Positions 20,155 through 30,172 are shown, counted from the stretch's first letter. The stretch: DNA of 64,000 bases from an uncultured Gemmatimonadales bacterium (GCA_963851265.1 CAWKNZ010000012.1:1-64000), one strand, 5' to 3'. Notes: a model not told the origin generated them from the sequence alone. Translations and numbers: made by a program.

Positions 20155-20748
20155 TTAGGCGCGCTCCGCCGGCGCGAGCGGCAACCGGTACGCCTCGACC
20201 AGCTCCGCCCCCGCGGGGCGGAAGTCGTACGCGGGCTCGCGCACGAACCCCATTGCCGCGTACAGCCCGCGCGCGGCCGTCATGCTCGCCGAGGTGTGCA
20301 ACCCGAGCGCGCCCGCCCCCGCCGCCCGCGCCCGCGCGACGCACGCGTCCATGAGCGCGCGCCCCGCCCCCGAGCCGCGCGCCTCCGGCGCGACGGCGAG
20401 CAGGCGGACCTCGGGCCACGGCGCCCGTCCCGTGAGCCCCCCGTACGCGTCCACGGCGGGCGGGTACAGGAAGACGCTCCCGACGAGCACGCCCCCCGGA
20501 GCCCCGTCGCGCACCGCGACCAGCCACTCGGCCGCGCCGGGGTCGGCGAGCGCCGCGCGCACGGCCGCGGCCAGCCCCGCCCAGGCGTCGGGCGTCATGC
20601 GCGCCCCGTACTCCGCGTACGCCCGCTCGACGAGCGCCGCGGCGGCCGCGCGCTCTCCCACGCCGACGGGACGCACCGCGACCGACTCGCCGCCGTCCAC
20701 CCCGTCCACCCCGTCCACCCCGTCCGCGCCCACGCCGCCCGCACTCAC
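20155..20748 (-). CDS. GNAT acetyltransferase
   Basis: VRLLAVAPEARGSGAGRALM, LHT..M.AA..LY..MGF; GTGA overlap with the upstream stop. Confidence 0.85.
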   Translation of the reverse strand: MSAGGVGADGVDGVDGVDGGESVAVRPVGVGERAAAAALVERAYAEYGARMTPDAWAGLAAAVRAALADPGAAEWLVAVRDGAPGGVLVGSVFLYPPAVDAYGGLTGRAPWPEVRLLAVAPEARGSGAGRALMDACVARARAAGAGALGLHTSASMTAARGLYAAMGFVREPAYDFRPAGAELVEAYRLPLAPAERA

Positions 20749-21695
20749 CCCAGCCGCGCCCGGTCGTGCGGCGCGAGCCAGTCGACGAGCGGGCCTAACG
20801 GCACGATGCGCGAGGGGTTGAGCCGGTCGTGCGTCATGTAGTAGTGGCGCTTGATGTGGTCGAAGTCCACCGTCTCGCCGAAGCCCGGGCGCTGGTACAG
20901 GTCGCGGGCGTAGCCCCACAGGTTGGGGTAGTCGACGAGCCGCCGCAGGTTGCACTTGAAGTGCCCCACGTACACCGCGTCGAAGCGCGCGAGCGTCGTG
21001 AACAGCCGCACGTCGGCCTCGGTGAGACGGCCCCCGACGAGGAAGCGTTGGGCCGCCAGGCGCTCCTCCAGCCAGTCGAGTCGCGCGAACAGGGCGGTCA
21101 CGGCCGCCTCGTACGCCTCCTGCGTGGTCGCGAACCCGGCCTTGTACACGCCGTTGTTCACGTCCTGGTAGACGACCGCGTTCACCGCGTCGATCTCGCC
21201 GCGCAGCGCCTCGGGATACAGTTCCGGCGCGCCGGGCGCGTGGAAGGCCGTGAACTGCGTCTCGAAGTCGATCGTGACGTCGGGGTAGTTGTTGGTCACG
21301 AGCCGCCCCGTCACTCGGTCCCAGATGCAGGGCACGGTGTAGCGCCCCTCGTACGTGGGGTCGGTGCGGAGGTACGCCTCGCTCAGGAAGTCGAAGTTGC
21401 ACACCGAGTCGCGCTCGTGCCCGCGCCCCTCGCGGAACGCCCACCCGCGCTCGTCGCGCACGGGGTCGACCACCGACATCGAGATCACGCCCTCAAGGCC
21501 TAACAGCCGCCGGACGATCACCGCGCGGTGCGCCCACGGGCAGGCGAGCGACACGTACAGGTGGTACCGCCCCGCCACGGCCGGGTACCCGGACGACCCG
21601 TCGGCGGTGAACCGGTCGCGGAATCGGTACTGCTGGCGCACGAACGCGCCGCGCGCGTCGGTTTCGGCGGGGAACTGGGCGGGAGGAGCGGTCAT
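20745..21695 (-). CDS. Glutathionyl-hydroquinone reductase (YqjG/ECM4-type GST)
   Basis: GRYHLYVSLACPWAHR, YTVP..WD, VNNGVYKAGFA, RFDAVY..HFKCN, HIKRHYY. Confidence 0.93.
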   Translation of the reverse strand: MTAPPAQFPAETDARGAFVRQQYRFRDRFTADGSSGYPAVAGRYHLYVSLACPWAHRAVIVRRLLGLEGVISMSVVDPVRDERGWAFREGRGHERDSVCNFDFLSEAYLRTDPTYEGRYTVPCIWDRVTGRLVTNNYPDVTIDFETQFTAFHAPGAPELYPEALRGEIDAVNAVVYQDVNNGVYKAGFATTQEAYEAAVTALFARLDWLEERLAAQRFLVGGRLTEADVRLFTTLARFDAVYVGHFKCNLRRLVDYPNLWGYARDLYQRPGFGETVDFDHIKRHYYMTHDRLNPSRIVPLGPLVDWLAPHDRARLG

Positions 21696-21773
21696 GGCGC
21701 GTGGGCTGGACGTTGATGGGCGGACGGCTGGACCCTCGCGCAAGCGGGGGTCCAGCTGCCGCCGGCGACCTCG

Positions 21774-23288
21774 TCAACCCGCGTCCGCCAGCCGTTCGGC
21801 GAGCCGCCCTATCGCGTCCGGGCCGCTCGCCCAGCGCGCGATCTCGGGGGCGGCCGCCGCGAGCGCTTCCGACGAGAAGAAGCCGCAGCGCCGGTGCAGA
21901 TCGAGCGCCTGCAGCGCCGGACGCCGCAGCTCGCGCCGCACCTTGGGCAGCCGCTCTTCGGGCACCACGACGTAGAGCGGCACGGCGAGGTTGGGCGCGA
22001 GCGCGGCGAGGTCGGCCATGCGGAGCAGCCCGCCGTGGACCGACGTCGTGCACTCGACCTCGAACGCCGCGACCACCTGCGCCGCGCCACGGAGCCAGAC
22101 CACGTCGATCAATTCGACGAGGCGCTGCGAGTCGGGGTCGAGCCCGAGCGGGGGCAGCCGGTCGACGGAGATGGCGCCGAGCCGCTCGCCGCGCCACACG
22201 CGGTGGTGGTCGTTGGCTGCCACCCACACGCGGCACCCGAGCCGCCGTCCGAGCCGCGCGAGCAGCCACTGCACCTGCGTGTGGCCGGGGGCGCCGGGGG
22301 CGTCCGCGTTAGGCTCTCCCGCCACCGGGTCGCCGACGTCGTGCGGCGCCGCACTCGGCAGCTCCGCGGCGTGCGCGTCCGGGTAGGGCGCGTCCGGGTA
22401 CGGCGCGTCGGGTGCGCGCTCGGCGACGCGGGCGGCCCGCGGCGGCCCGGCCGCCGGGTACTCGCCCTCGGGCTCGGCGATGCGCGCGGGCTCGGCGTCG
22501 GCGAACACCCGGGCAGGATCGCGGCGCTGTTGCCACCAGCACAGGTGCTCGAGCGCCCACGGGTGCAGGCCGAGGCCGGACGCGAGCGCGAGGGCGGCGG
22601 CGCGGAAGGTGACGTAGTCGGCCACGGGATCGCCGCTCGGCACGAACACGCCCTCCTCCGCGGCGAGGGTCTGGCGCGTCGACGGCTGGTAGCTGGGCCA
22701 GTGCGCGGGGTCCTGCACGTGCCACCACGCGCTCACGAACGCCGTGGCCAGCGCCGGCTGCGCGGCGGGGCCGAGCGCGCGCACGTAGTCGGCGAAGGCC
22801 GCGAGTTGGGCGCCCGCCGCGACCACGGTCGGCGGGACGTGCAGCGCGGCGCGCAGGGCCGGGTCGAGGGTGGCGCCGAGCGGGGTCGCGCGGACGTGCT
22901 TGGCGAGGCGGTTGAGGAACATCGCGCCGGCGACGCCCCGCAGGCCGAACGCGTCCCACCGCGTGCGGGTCTCGCGGTCGAACGCCGCGCGCAGCGACTC
23001 GGCGTCGAGTCCGGCGGCGAGGAATCGGCGGGCGAGCGCGGCGATCTCGGGCTGGGCACGGGAGCGGGCGGCGTCCCACGACTGCCACTCGCGCTGCGCG
23101 GCCGGGTCGGCTGCCCACTCGTCGCGCAGCAGGCGCCAGCTCTCGAGTTGCAGCGCGGTGATCGGCGAGGGCGAGTCCGGGCCTGACGAGTCCGGGCCGG
23201 GCAAGTCCGGGCCCGCCGCGTCGCCGTCCCAGGGCGCGGAGGCGGCGCGGCGTACGAGCGCTCGGTATGTGTCGCCGGACCAGACCAT
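21774..23288 (-). CDS. Putative restriction-endonuclease-like protein (helical N domain plus C-terminal PD-(D/E)XK-like domain)
   Basis: HTQVQWLL..LG..VWVA.ND, IDVVWL..AAFEVECTTSV..GLLRMADL, LYVVVPEER..KVRREL.RP. Confidence 0.65.
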   Translation of the reverse strand: MVWSGDTYRALVRRAASAPWDGDAAGPDLPGPDSSGPDSPSPITALQLESWRLLRDEWAADPAAQREWQSWDAARSRAQPEIAALARRFLAAGLDAESLRAAFDRETRTRWDAFGLRGVAGAMFLNRLAKHVRATPLGATLDPALRAALHVPPTVVAAGAQLAAFADYVRALGPAAQPALATAFVSAWWHVQDPAHWPSYQPSTRQTLAAEEGVFVPSGDPVADYVTFRAAALALASGLGLHPWALEHLCWWQQRRDPARVFADAEPARIAEPEGEYPAAGPPRAARVAERAPDAPYPDAPYPDAHAAELPSAAPHDVGDPVAGEPNADAPGAPGHTQVQWLLARLGRRLGCRVWVAANDHHRVWRGERLGAISVDRLPPLGLDPDSQRLVELIDVVWLRGAAQVVAAFEVECTTSVHGGLLRMADLAALAPNLAVPLYVVVPEERLPKVRRELRRPALQALDLHRRCGFFSSEALAAAAPEIARWASGPDAIGRLAERLADAG

Positions 23289-23468
23289 CGGAACTCGTCG
23301 CGGGGCCGAGCGCGGACGGCGCGCCGGAGGGGCGCGCCGTCGGGTTCTTCTCGGCTTGATACGAAGGAAGGTAGTCGGCGCGGCCGCCGCCGTGACCCCG
23401 CCCGTCGCATCCGCGGGGTGTCGGCCAGGCCCCGTGCACCAGGATCGGTGATCGGCCGGTCGTCATCG

Positions 23469-23484
23469 TTCGACACTTGTCTAA
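23469..23484. promoter_or_regulatory. Candidate ArsR-family operator
   Basis: Imperfect palindrome TTCGACA-CT-TGTCTAA upstream of the ArsR gene; the half-site GTTCGACA recurs at 23862-23869 before the alkene reductase. Confidence 0.45.
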
Positions 23485-23511
23485 TCATCAATGACTTCCT
23501 ATCATTCCCGC

Positions 23512-23823
23512 ATGGACGCGATTCAGGTCACCCGCATTGCGAAGGCCCTCTCCGACCCGCGCCGTTTCGATCTCCTCGAAATGATCGCGGCGGACGACGA
23601 GGTCGCCTGCAAGCGGATGGTCGAAGCGTTCCCCGTCTCGCAGGCCACGATCTCGCACCACCTGAAGGAACTCGCCACCGCCGGCCTCATCGAGGCGCGT
23701 CGCGAGGGCCAGTGCGGCCACTACCGCGTGTGCCCGGGGGTGCTGGACGAGTACCTCGCCGAAGTCGCGCGGCGCCTGCGCGCGCAGCCCTCACTTCGCA
23801 CACCCGCCGCATCCGTCGGCTGA
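23512..23823 (+). CDS. ArsR/SmtB-family transcriptional regulator
   Basis: KALSDPRR..LL, SQATISHHLKEL..AGLI..RREG. Confidence 0.92.
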   Translation: MDAIQVTRIAKALSDPRRFDLLEMIAADDEVACKRMVEAFPVSQATISHHLKELATAGLIEARREGQCGHYRVCPGVLDEYLAEVARRLRAQPSLRTPAASVG

Positions 23824-23933
23824 CCGCCGCCGACGCACGGAACTGGTTCCATTCTCGCGTTGTTCGACATTTAGATCGTCATACAACGACGTAACGTCCC
23901 GACCGTTTCCCTTCGCCTTCGCGAACCCATCAC

Positions 23934-25070
23934 ATGACTGTCGCCCTCGCCGACTCGCCCCTGTTCACGCCGTTCACCCTCGGCCGCCTCACGCTGCCCA
24001 ACCGCGTCGTGCTCGCCCCCATGACCCGCGTGCGCGCCAGCGCCGAGGGCGTGATCCCCGAGATGGCCGCCGAGTACTACGCGCGGCGCGCCTCGGGCGG
24101 GCTGCTCGTCACCGAGGCCACGCAGGTACTCCCGAACGGCGCGGGCGGCGTCGGCACGCCGGGCATCCACGACGAGGCACAGGTCGCGGCGTGGCGCCGC
24201 GTCACCGACGCCGTGCACGCCGCGGGTGGGCGCATCTACGTCCAGCTCTGGCACACGGGCCGCGCCGCGCACCCGAGCTTCCTGCCCCCCGGTTCCGAAG
24301 TCGTCTCCGCGTCGGCCGTCGCGATCGAAGGCGAGGTGTTCACCCCCGCGGGCCGCGTGCCCTACGCCACGCCCCGCCCGCTGACGCTCGACGAGATTCC
24401 GCAGTACGTCGAGGCGTACGCCCGCGGCGCGCGCAACGCGATCGCCGCCGGCTTCGACGGCGTCGAGATCCACGCCGCCAACGGGTATCTCATCGACCAG
24501 TTCCTGCGTGACGGCAGCAACCGCCGCACCGACGCTTACGGCGGGAGCATCGAGAACCGCACGCGCTTCCTGCTCGACGTGGTGCGCGCGGTGGTCGCCG
24601 CGGTCGGCGCCGATCGCACCGGCGTCCGCGTGTCGCCGACCAACGCGTTCCAGAGCATGACCGACTCCGACCCCGACGCGCTCTTCGGGTACGTGGCCGC
24701 GCAGCTCAACCCGTTCGGCCTCGCGTACCTGCACGTGCTGGAGCCGGTGCGCGCCGACCACCCGTCCGCCGACAAGCAGGGACGCGTGATCGCCCCGACG
24801 ATCCGCGCCGCGTTCCACGGCCCGCTCATCCTCAACGGCGGCTACGACCGCGCGACGGCCGACGCCGCCATCGCAGAGGGCCGTGCCGACCTGATCGCCT
24901 TCGGCGTGCCCTACCTCGCCAACCCCGACCTGCCGGAGCGCCTCGCGCAGAACGCGCCGCTCAACGCGCCCAACCCCGCGACGTTCTACGGCGGCGGCGT
25001 CGAGGGCTACCTCGACTACCCGACACTCGACGAGGTGCAGGGCGAGCGCGAACTCGCCGGCGTCGCGTGA
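23934..25070 (+). CDS. Alkene reductase (Old Yellow Enzyme, NemA-like)
   Basis: NRVVLAPMTR, QLWHTGR, GFDGVEIHAANGYLIDQFL, ANPDLPER, TFYGG..GYLDYP. Confidence 0.95.
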   Translation: MTVALADSPLFTPFTLGRLTLPNRVVLAPMTRVRASAEGVIPEMAAEYYARRASGGLLVTEATQVLPNGAGGVGTPGIHDEAQVAAWRRVTDAVHAAGGRIYVQLWHTGRAAHPSFLPPGSEVVSASAVAIEGEVFTPAGRVPYATPRPLTLDEIPQYVEAYARGARNAIAAGFDGVEIHAANGYLIDQFLRDGSNRRTDAYGGSIENRTRFLLDVVRAVVAAVGADRTGVRVSPTNAFQSMTDSDPDALFGYVAAQLNPFGLAYLHVLEPVRADHPSADKQGRVIAPTIRAAFHGPLILNGGYDRATADAAIAEGRADLIAFGVPYLANPDLPERLAQNAPLNAPNPATFYGGGVEGYLDYPTLDEVQGERELAGVA

Positions 25071-25077
25071 GGACCGC

Positions 25078-25659
25078 GTGAGCGACGACGCGTTCGTCAC
25101 CGGCCGGGGTGCCGCCGCGGCACCCCGGCCTGCCGCCGGGCCGGTGATCGGCCACCTGCTCGGCGACCCCGACGCGCCCGCACGGGTGGTGGTCTACGGC
25201 ACCTTCGAGTGCCTGCACTGCCGGCGCGCCTGGCCCGGGTTGCGCGCGCTCGCCGAGGATCCGGCTGGCGGGGTGGCGCTCGAGTGGCGTCACTTCGCGC
25301 CCGCGGGCGCCTTCCCCAACGCCACCGGTGCCGCGCTCGCGGCCGAGGCGGCGGGCCTGCAGGAGCGCGTCGACGGGCGCCCGCTCGACGCCGCATTCTG
25401 GGAGATGTACGAGGCACTGATGGCCGCCCCGTCGCCGCTCTGGCCGGAGCGCGTGGACGGCGTGGCCGCGGCGCTCGGGCTCGACGTGCCGGCGCTGCAC
25501 CGCGGCACGGCCTCGGACGCGGCGCGCGCGCGCGTCGAGGCGCAACGCGCGGCCGCCCTCGCCGACGGGGTGCGGGGCGTACCGACGGCGTTCCTGCACG
25601 GCGCGCGCGTGGACCTCGACGACCTGGACGCGCTGCGGGAGCAGGCCCGGGCGCTCTGA
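25078..25659 (+). CDS. DsbA/thioredoxin-fold protein
   Basis: GDPDAP..YGTFECLHC, WRHF, GVRGVPT. Confidence 0.8.
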   Translation: MSDDAFVTGRGAAAAPRPAAGPVIGHLLGDPDAPARVVVYGTFECLHCRRAWPGLRALAEDPAGGVALEWRHFAPAGAFPNATGAALAAEAAGLQERVDGRPLDAAFWEMYEALMAAPSPLWPERVDGVAAALGLDVPALHRGTASDAARARVEAQRAAALADGVRGVPTAFLHGARVDLDDLDALREQARAL

Positions 25660-25664
25660 CGCGC

Positions 25665-28600
25665 TCAGGCCGCCCGCCGCGGCGGCTCCTCCCGCGGCGG
25701 CTCCGGCCGCTGGGCCTCCTCGCGCCGCCGCCCGAACGGCAGCGCCCGCGCGGCCCGCCCCACCGTCACCACGACCTGCCGTCCCAGCCCGTGCGCGCGC
25801 CGCTCCATCGCGACGTAGAGCACCGGCAGCATGAGCAGGGTCAGCACGGTCGACGTGACCAGCCCGCCGACGATCACCGTCGCGAACGGCCGCGTCGTCT
25901 CGGCGCCGATGCCGGTCGAGAGCGCCGCCGGCAGCAGGCCTAACGCCGCCATCAGCGCCGTCATCGCCACCGGGCGCAGGCGGTCGAGCGTGCCGCGCCG
26001 CACCGCGTCGTCGACCGTCGCGCCGTCGTCGCGCAGCCGGTTGAACTCCGACACGAGCAGCACGCCGTTCTGCACCGAGATGCCGAAGAGCGCGATGAAG
26101 CCCACCGCCGCGCTCACGCTCAGGTGGATGCCGCGCGCCCACAGCAGCACGATGCCGCCGATGAGCGCGAACGGCAGGTTGGCGAGCACGAGCCCGGCGT
26201 ACTTCCCCGACCCGAACGCGCTCACCAGCAGGGCGAAGATGAGCACGATGCTCGCGGGGACGATCACGGCCAGGCGCGCGGTCGCGCGGCGCTGGTTCTC
26301 GAACTGCCCGCCCCACGTCAGCCGGTAGCCCGGCGGCAGCACCACCCGCTTCGCCACCAGCTGCTGCGCCTCGGCCACGAACCCGCCCTCGTCGCGGCCG
26401 CGCACGGAGCACTTGATCGCCACGCGCCGCTCGTTGGTCTCGCGCGAGATGCGGCTCGCGCCCTCCGTCGTGACCACGCGCGCCACGCTCGCCAGCGGCA
26501 CCGTGCGCCCGTCGGGCGCGTTCACGGCCAGGTGTTCGAGCGCGGCGCGGTTGTCGCGCGCGCTTCCGGCGTAGCGCACGCGCACGTCGAACACGCGGTC
26601 GCCCTCCAACAGCTGCGTCACCGCGCGCCCGCCCACCGCGGTCTCGATGGCGTCGTTCACGTCGGACACGGCCAGCCCGTAGCGCGCGGCGGCCGAGCGG
26701 TCCACCTCGAAGCGCACCTGCGGCTGGCCGAACTGCTGTTCGGTGCCGAGGTCCGCCACGCCCGGCACCGTGGCGAGCACCTGCTCGACCTCGTCGGCCT
26801 TCTGCTGCAGCGTGGCGAGGTCGGGCCCGAAGATCTTCACCACCAGCTCGCCCTTCACCCCCGACAGCGCCTCGTCGACGTTGTCCTTGATGTACTGCGA
26901 GAAGTTGAGGTCGATGCCCGGGATGGCCTCGAGCTGCCGGGCCATGCGCGCGACCAGCTCCTCCTTGTCGCGCACGTGCGGCCCGGGGCCGCGGCCCCAC
27001 TCCGCCTTCGGCTTGAGGTCGGCGAGCACCTCGAGGTTGTTGGACCCCTTCGCGTCTGTGCCGTCGTCGGGGCGGCCCAGCTGCGACACGACCTGCGCCA
27101 CCTGCGGATACGAGAGCAGCACGCGGCGCACGTCCTGCTCGACGTTCTTCGCCGCCTCGAGCGAGATGCCCACGGGCATCGTCACCGTGAGCCAGATGTT
27201 GCCCTCGTCGAGCGCGGGAAGGAACTCGGTCCCGAGCTTCGCGCCGAGCGCGAGCGAGCCGGCCAGCAGGACGAGCGCGCCGAGGACGACCGCGCGCCCG
27301 TGGCGGAGGGCACCGTCGAGCACGGGGGTGAAGCCGCGCACCAGCCACCGCGTCGCCCGCGTCTCCTCGGGGTTTCCATGCGCGTCGAGCTTGCCCGGCC
27401 GCAGCCCCCACGACGAGAGCACGGGGATGAGCGTCAGCGTCAGCACGAGCGAGCCGAGCAGCGCGAACGTGAGCGTGAACGCCATCGGCGAGAAAATGCG
27501 CTTCTCGACGCGCTGGAAGGTGAAGATGGGGAGGAACGCGGTGATCACGATCGCCTTCGCGAACAGGATCGGGCGCCCCATCTGCCCCGCCACGTCGGCC
27601 AGCAGCCAGCGCTTCTCGCCGTCGGGCAGCCGCTTGGCCCCCTCGTCGCGCGGGGCGAGCGCCAGCCGCACGAGGAAGGCCTCGACCATCACCACCGCCG
27701 CGTCGACGATGATCCCGAAGTCCACCGCGCCTAACGAGATCAGGTTGGCCGAGACGTGCCCGGCCTGCATGAGGATGAACGCGCAGAGCAGCGACAGCGG
27801 GATGACGAGCCCGACGATGAGCGCCGCGCGGAAGTCGCCGAGGAAGACGACGAGGATGAGCAGCACGAGCCCGGCGCCCACGGCGAGATTCTCCTCGACC
27901 GTGCGCACCGTGTGGTTGACGAGCGTGGCGCGGTCGTAGAACGACGTCATCCGCACGCCCGGGGGCAGCACGCTGCGGTTGACCTCGGCCACCTTCGCGC
28001 GCACCCCCTGCAGCACCTCCATCGCGTTCTCGCCCTTGCGCATGAGGACGATGCCCTCGACCACGTCGTCCGCGCGGTCCTTGCCGACCACGCCCTCGCG
28101 CGGCGCGCCGCCCACGGTCACGCGCCCCACGTCGCCCACGCGCACGGGCACGCCGGTGCGCGTCGCGATGCTCACCGCCGCGATGTCGCGCGGGCTCGAG
28201 AGCAGCCCCACGCCGCGCACCACCTGCTTCTCGTAGCCGTGCGAGAGGTATCCGCCGCCCGCGTTCGCGTTGGCGCCCGCGACGGCCTGCTCCACCTGCG
28301 GCAGCGTCACGCCGTAGGCGGCCAGCCGCTCGGGGTCGACGTCGATCTGGTACTGCTTCACCTGCCCGCCGAACGAGGTGATGTCGGCCACACCCGGCAC
28401 CGTGCGCAGCGCGGGCTCGATGGTCCAGTCCTCGAGCGCCTTGAGCTCGGTGAGCGCGAGCGGGCCGGTCACGGTGTAGCGGTAGATCTCGCCCGTCGCG
28501 TTGGACAGCGGGCCCAACGACGCCTGCACGCCGGTGGGCAGCGTGACCTGCTGCAGCCGCTCCAACGCCTGCTGCCGCGCGAAGTAGTCGGTGGTGCCGT

Positions 28601-28895
28601 CCTCGAACGTCATCGTCACCACCGACAGCCCGAACATCGAGACCGAGCGCAGGTTGGTGAGGCCGGGCAGCCCGTTCATCTGCCGTTCGACCGGCAGCGT
28701 GACCACCTTCTCGATCTCCTCGGCCGCGTGACCGCTCCACGGCGTGATCACCTGCACCTGCACGTCCTGCACGTCGGGGAACGCCTCGACGGGCAACACC
28801 TGGAACGCGCGCACCCCCGCGATCACGAGCAGGAGCGTCGCGCCGAGCACGGCGACGCGGTGCGCGAGCGCCCAGCGCGCGATGCGTCCGATCAC
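25665..28895 (-). CDS. CzcA/CusA-family heavy-metal RND permease
   Basis: VEAFPDV, ANLISLGAVDFGIIVDAAVVMVE, GTEFLPALDEG, GGQFENQ, RLRPV.MTA. Confidence 0.95.
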   Translation of the reverse strand: MIGRIARWALAHRVAVLGATLLLVIAGVRAFQVLPVEAFPDVQDVQVQVITPWSGHAAEEIEKVVTLPVERQMNGLPGLTNLRSVSMFGLSVVTMTFEDGTTDYFARQQALERLQQVTLPTGVQASLGPLSNATGEIYRYTVTGPLALTELKALEDWTIEPALRTVPGVADITSFGGQVKQYQIDVDPERLAAYGVTLPQVEQAVAGANANAGGGYLSHGYEKQVVRGVGLLSSPRDIAAVSIATRTGVPVRVGDVGRVTVGGAPREGVVGKDRADDVVEGIVLMRKGENAMEVLQGVRAKVAEVNRSVLPPGVRMTSFYDRATLVNHTVRTVEENLAVGAGLVLLILVVFLGDFRAALIVGLVIPLSLLCAFILMQAGHVSANLISLGAVDFGIIVDAAVVMVEAFLVRLALAPRDEGAKRLPDGEKRWLLADVAGQMGRPILFAKAIVITAFLPIFTFQRVEKRIFSPMAFTLTFALLGSLVLTLTLIPVLSSWGLRPGKLDAHGNPEETRATRWLVRGFTPVLDGALRHGRAVVLGALVLLAGSLALGAKLGTEFLPALDEGNIWLTVTMPVGISLEAAKNVEQDVRRVLLSYPQVAQVVSQLGRPDDGTDAKGSNNLEVLADLKPKAEWGRGPGPHVRDKEELVARMARQLEAIPGIDLNFSQYIKDNVDEALSGVKGELVVKIFGPDLATLQQKADEVEQVLATVPGVADLGTEQQFGQPQVRFEVDRSAAARYGLAVSDVNDAIETAVGGRAVTQLLEGDRVFDVRVRYAGSARDNRAALEHLAVNAPDGRTVPLASVARVVTTEGASRISRETNERRVAIKCSVRGRDEGGFVAEAQQLVAKRVVLPPGYRLTWGGQFENQRRATARLAVIVPASIVLIFALLVSAFGSGKYAGLVLANLPFALIGGIVLLWARGIHLSVSAAVGFIALFGISVQNGVLLVSEFNRLRDDGATVDDAVRRGTLDRLRPVAMTALMAALGLLPAALSTGIGAETTRPFATVIVGGLVTSTVLTLLMLPVLYVAMERRAHGLGRQVVVTVGRAARALPFGRRREEAQRPEPPREEPPRRAA

Positions 28896-30172
28896 GTGCC
28901 CCCCTCCCCGCCCTCGGCCGCCGTGCCGCCGGCCGGGCCGCTGCTCTCGGCCTGCCGCGCCGCCTGCGCGTCCACGAGCAGACTTCCCTTGGCGACCACG
29001 CGCTCACCCGGCTCCAGCCCGCGCACGATCGTCGCGACGGTGCCGTCGTCCTCGCCCACCGTCACCGCGCGCCGCCGGTACCGCCCGGGCGCGTCCTCCA
29101 CGTACACCACGGTTCCGCCGCCGCGCGTCACCAGGGCCGCGCTCGCCACGGTGGGCGCGTGCGCGTCGTCGGCCGCGTAGAGCGTGGCCTGCCCGAAGGT
29201 GGCGGCCCGCAGGCGGTGCCCGGGGTTGGGGATCACGGCACGCATCGACGCCGTGCGCGTCTGCGGGTCGAGCGCGTCGGCGATCCACGACACCCGCGCC
29301 TCGACCGGCGTGGCGCCCAACGCGTCGCTCACGAACGTCACGCGCGCGCCGCGCCGCACGTGGGCGAGGTCCTGCTGGTACAGGTTGGCCGTGAGCCAGA
29401 CGTCGCCGAGGTCGCTCACGGTGAAGAGCGGCGTGCCGGCGCCCGGCTGCGCCTCGGTCCCCACGTTCACCTGACGGTCGATCACCTCGCCGGCGACGGG
29501 CGAGCGCAGCACGTACGTCTGCCCCGAGGCGGCGCCGCCCAGCAGCCGCGCGCGGAGCCCCGCGCGCGTCTCTTCCGCACCCGACGCGGCCGCATCGGCC
29601 TCGACCTGCTGCAGCTCCTTCTGCGCGATCACGCCGTGCGCGTAGAGGTCGCGCGCGCGGGTGAGCGCGGTGCCCGACTGGCGGGCGGCCGCCTGCGCCT
29701 TGGCGAGGTCGGCGCCGGCCTGCGCGACGTCGCTCGAGAGCAGGTGCGCGAGCGCCTGCCCCGCGCGCACCACGTCGCCGGGCTTGGCGTCGAGCGAGAC
29801 GACGCGCCCCGCCACGGGCGAGAGCACGCGCGCGGTGTGGTCCTCGTCGAAGGCGAGCTGCGCAGGCACCGTGGCGACCGCGCGTTCGGCGCGCGCGCGC
29901 ACCGTGTCGATGGTCACGTACGCGAGCTGCGCGGGCGCGAGCGTGACCGAGCCCGCCGGCGGCACGGCCGCCCGTGGGGAGGCCGACGCCCCGGCGGGGG
30001 GCGCCTCGATCGCGCGCGCCTCGGGCGTCTGACGCCCGCAACCCGAGAAGAGGATCGTGGCGAGCGCGAGCAGGATCGCGGCTACCAGAGCGAGCAGGGG
30101 CGCGCGCGACACGGGGCCGGATTCCGGCGGCGGCGGCGACGTCGGGCGCGGTGGTAACGAAACGGGAGTCAT
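28892..30172 (-). CDS. RND efflux periplasmic adaptor (CzcB-like)
   Basis: SPVAGRV..GDVVRAGQ, LRSPVAGEV, LDPQTRT, GLEPGERVV; 4-nt overlaps with both neighbours. Confidence 0.92.
   Translation of the reverse strand: MTPVSLPPRPTSPPPPESGPVSRAPLLALVAAILLALATILFSGCGRQTPEARAIEAPPAGASASPRAAVPPAGSVTLAPAQLAYVTIDTVRARAERAVATVPAQLAFDEDHTARVLSPVAGRVVSLDAKPGDVVRAGQALAHLLSSDVAQAGADLAKAQAAARQSGTALTRARDLYAHGVIAQKELQQVEADAAASGAEETRAGLRARLLGGAASGQTYVLRSPVAGEVIDRQVNVGTEAQPGAGTPLFTVSDLGDVWLTANLYQQDLAHVRRGARVTFVSDALGATPVEARVSWIADALDPQTRTASMRAVIPNPGHRLRAATFGQATLYAADDAHAPTVASAALVTRGGGTVVYVEDAPGRYRRRAVTVGEDDGTVATIVRGLEPGERVVAKGSLLVDAQAARQAESSGPAGGTAAEGGEGGT

Noticed and set aside
20693..20725. 9-bp tandem repeat (DGV x3); similar short coding repeats near 22377, 40224 and 44961
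   Set aside because: In-frame low-complexity linker expansions; unit lengths are multiples of 3, so no phase variation.
24961..29007. 1348-aa minus-strand ORF and other long Arg/Ala/Gly-rich ORFs (e.g. 34649-37372, 5194-7212, 49733-51853, 40089-42254)
   Set aside because: Shadow frames of real genes in high-GC DNA, with no recognisable motifs.
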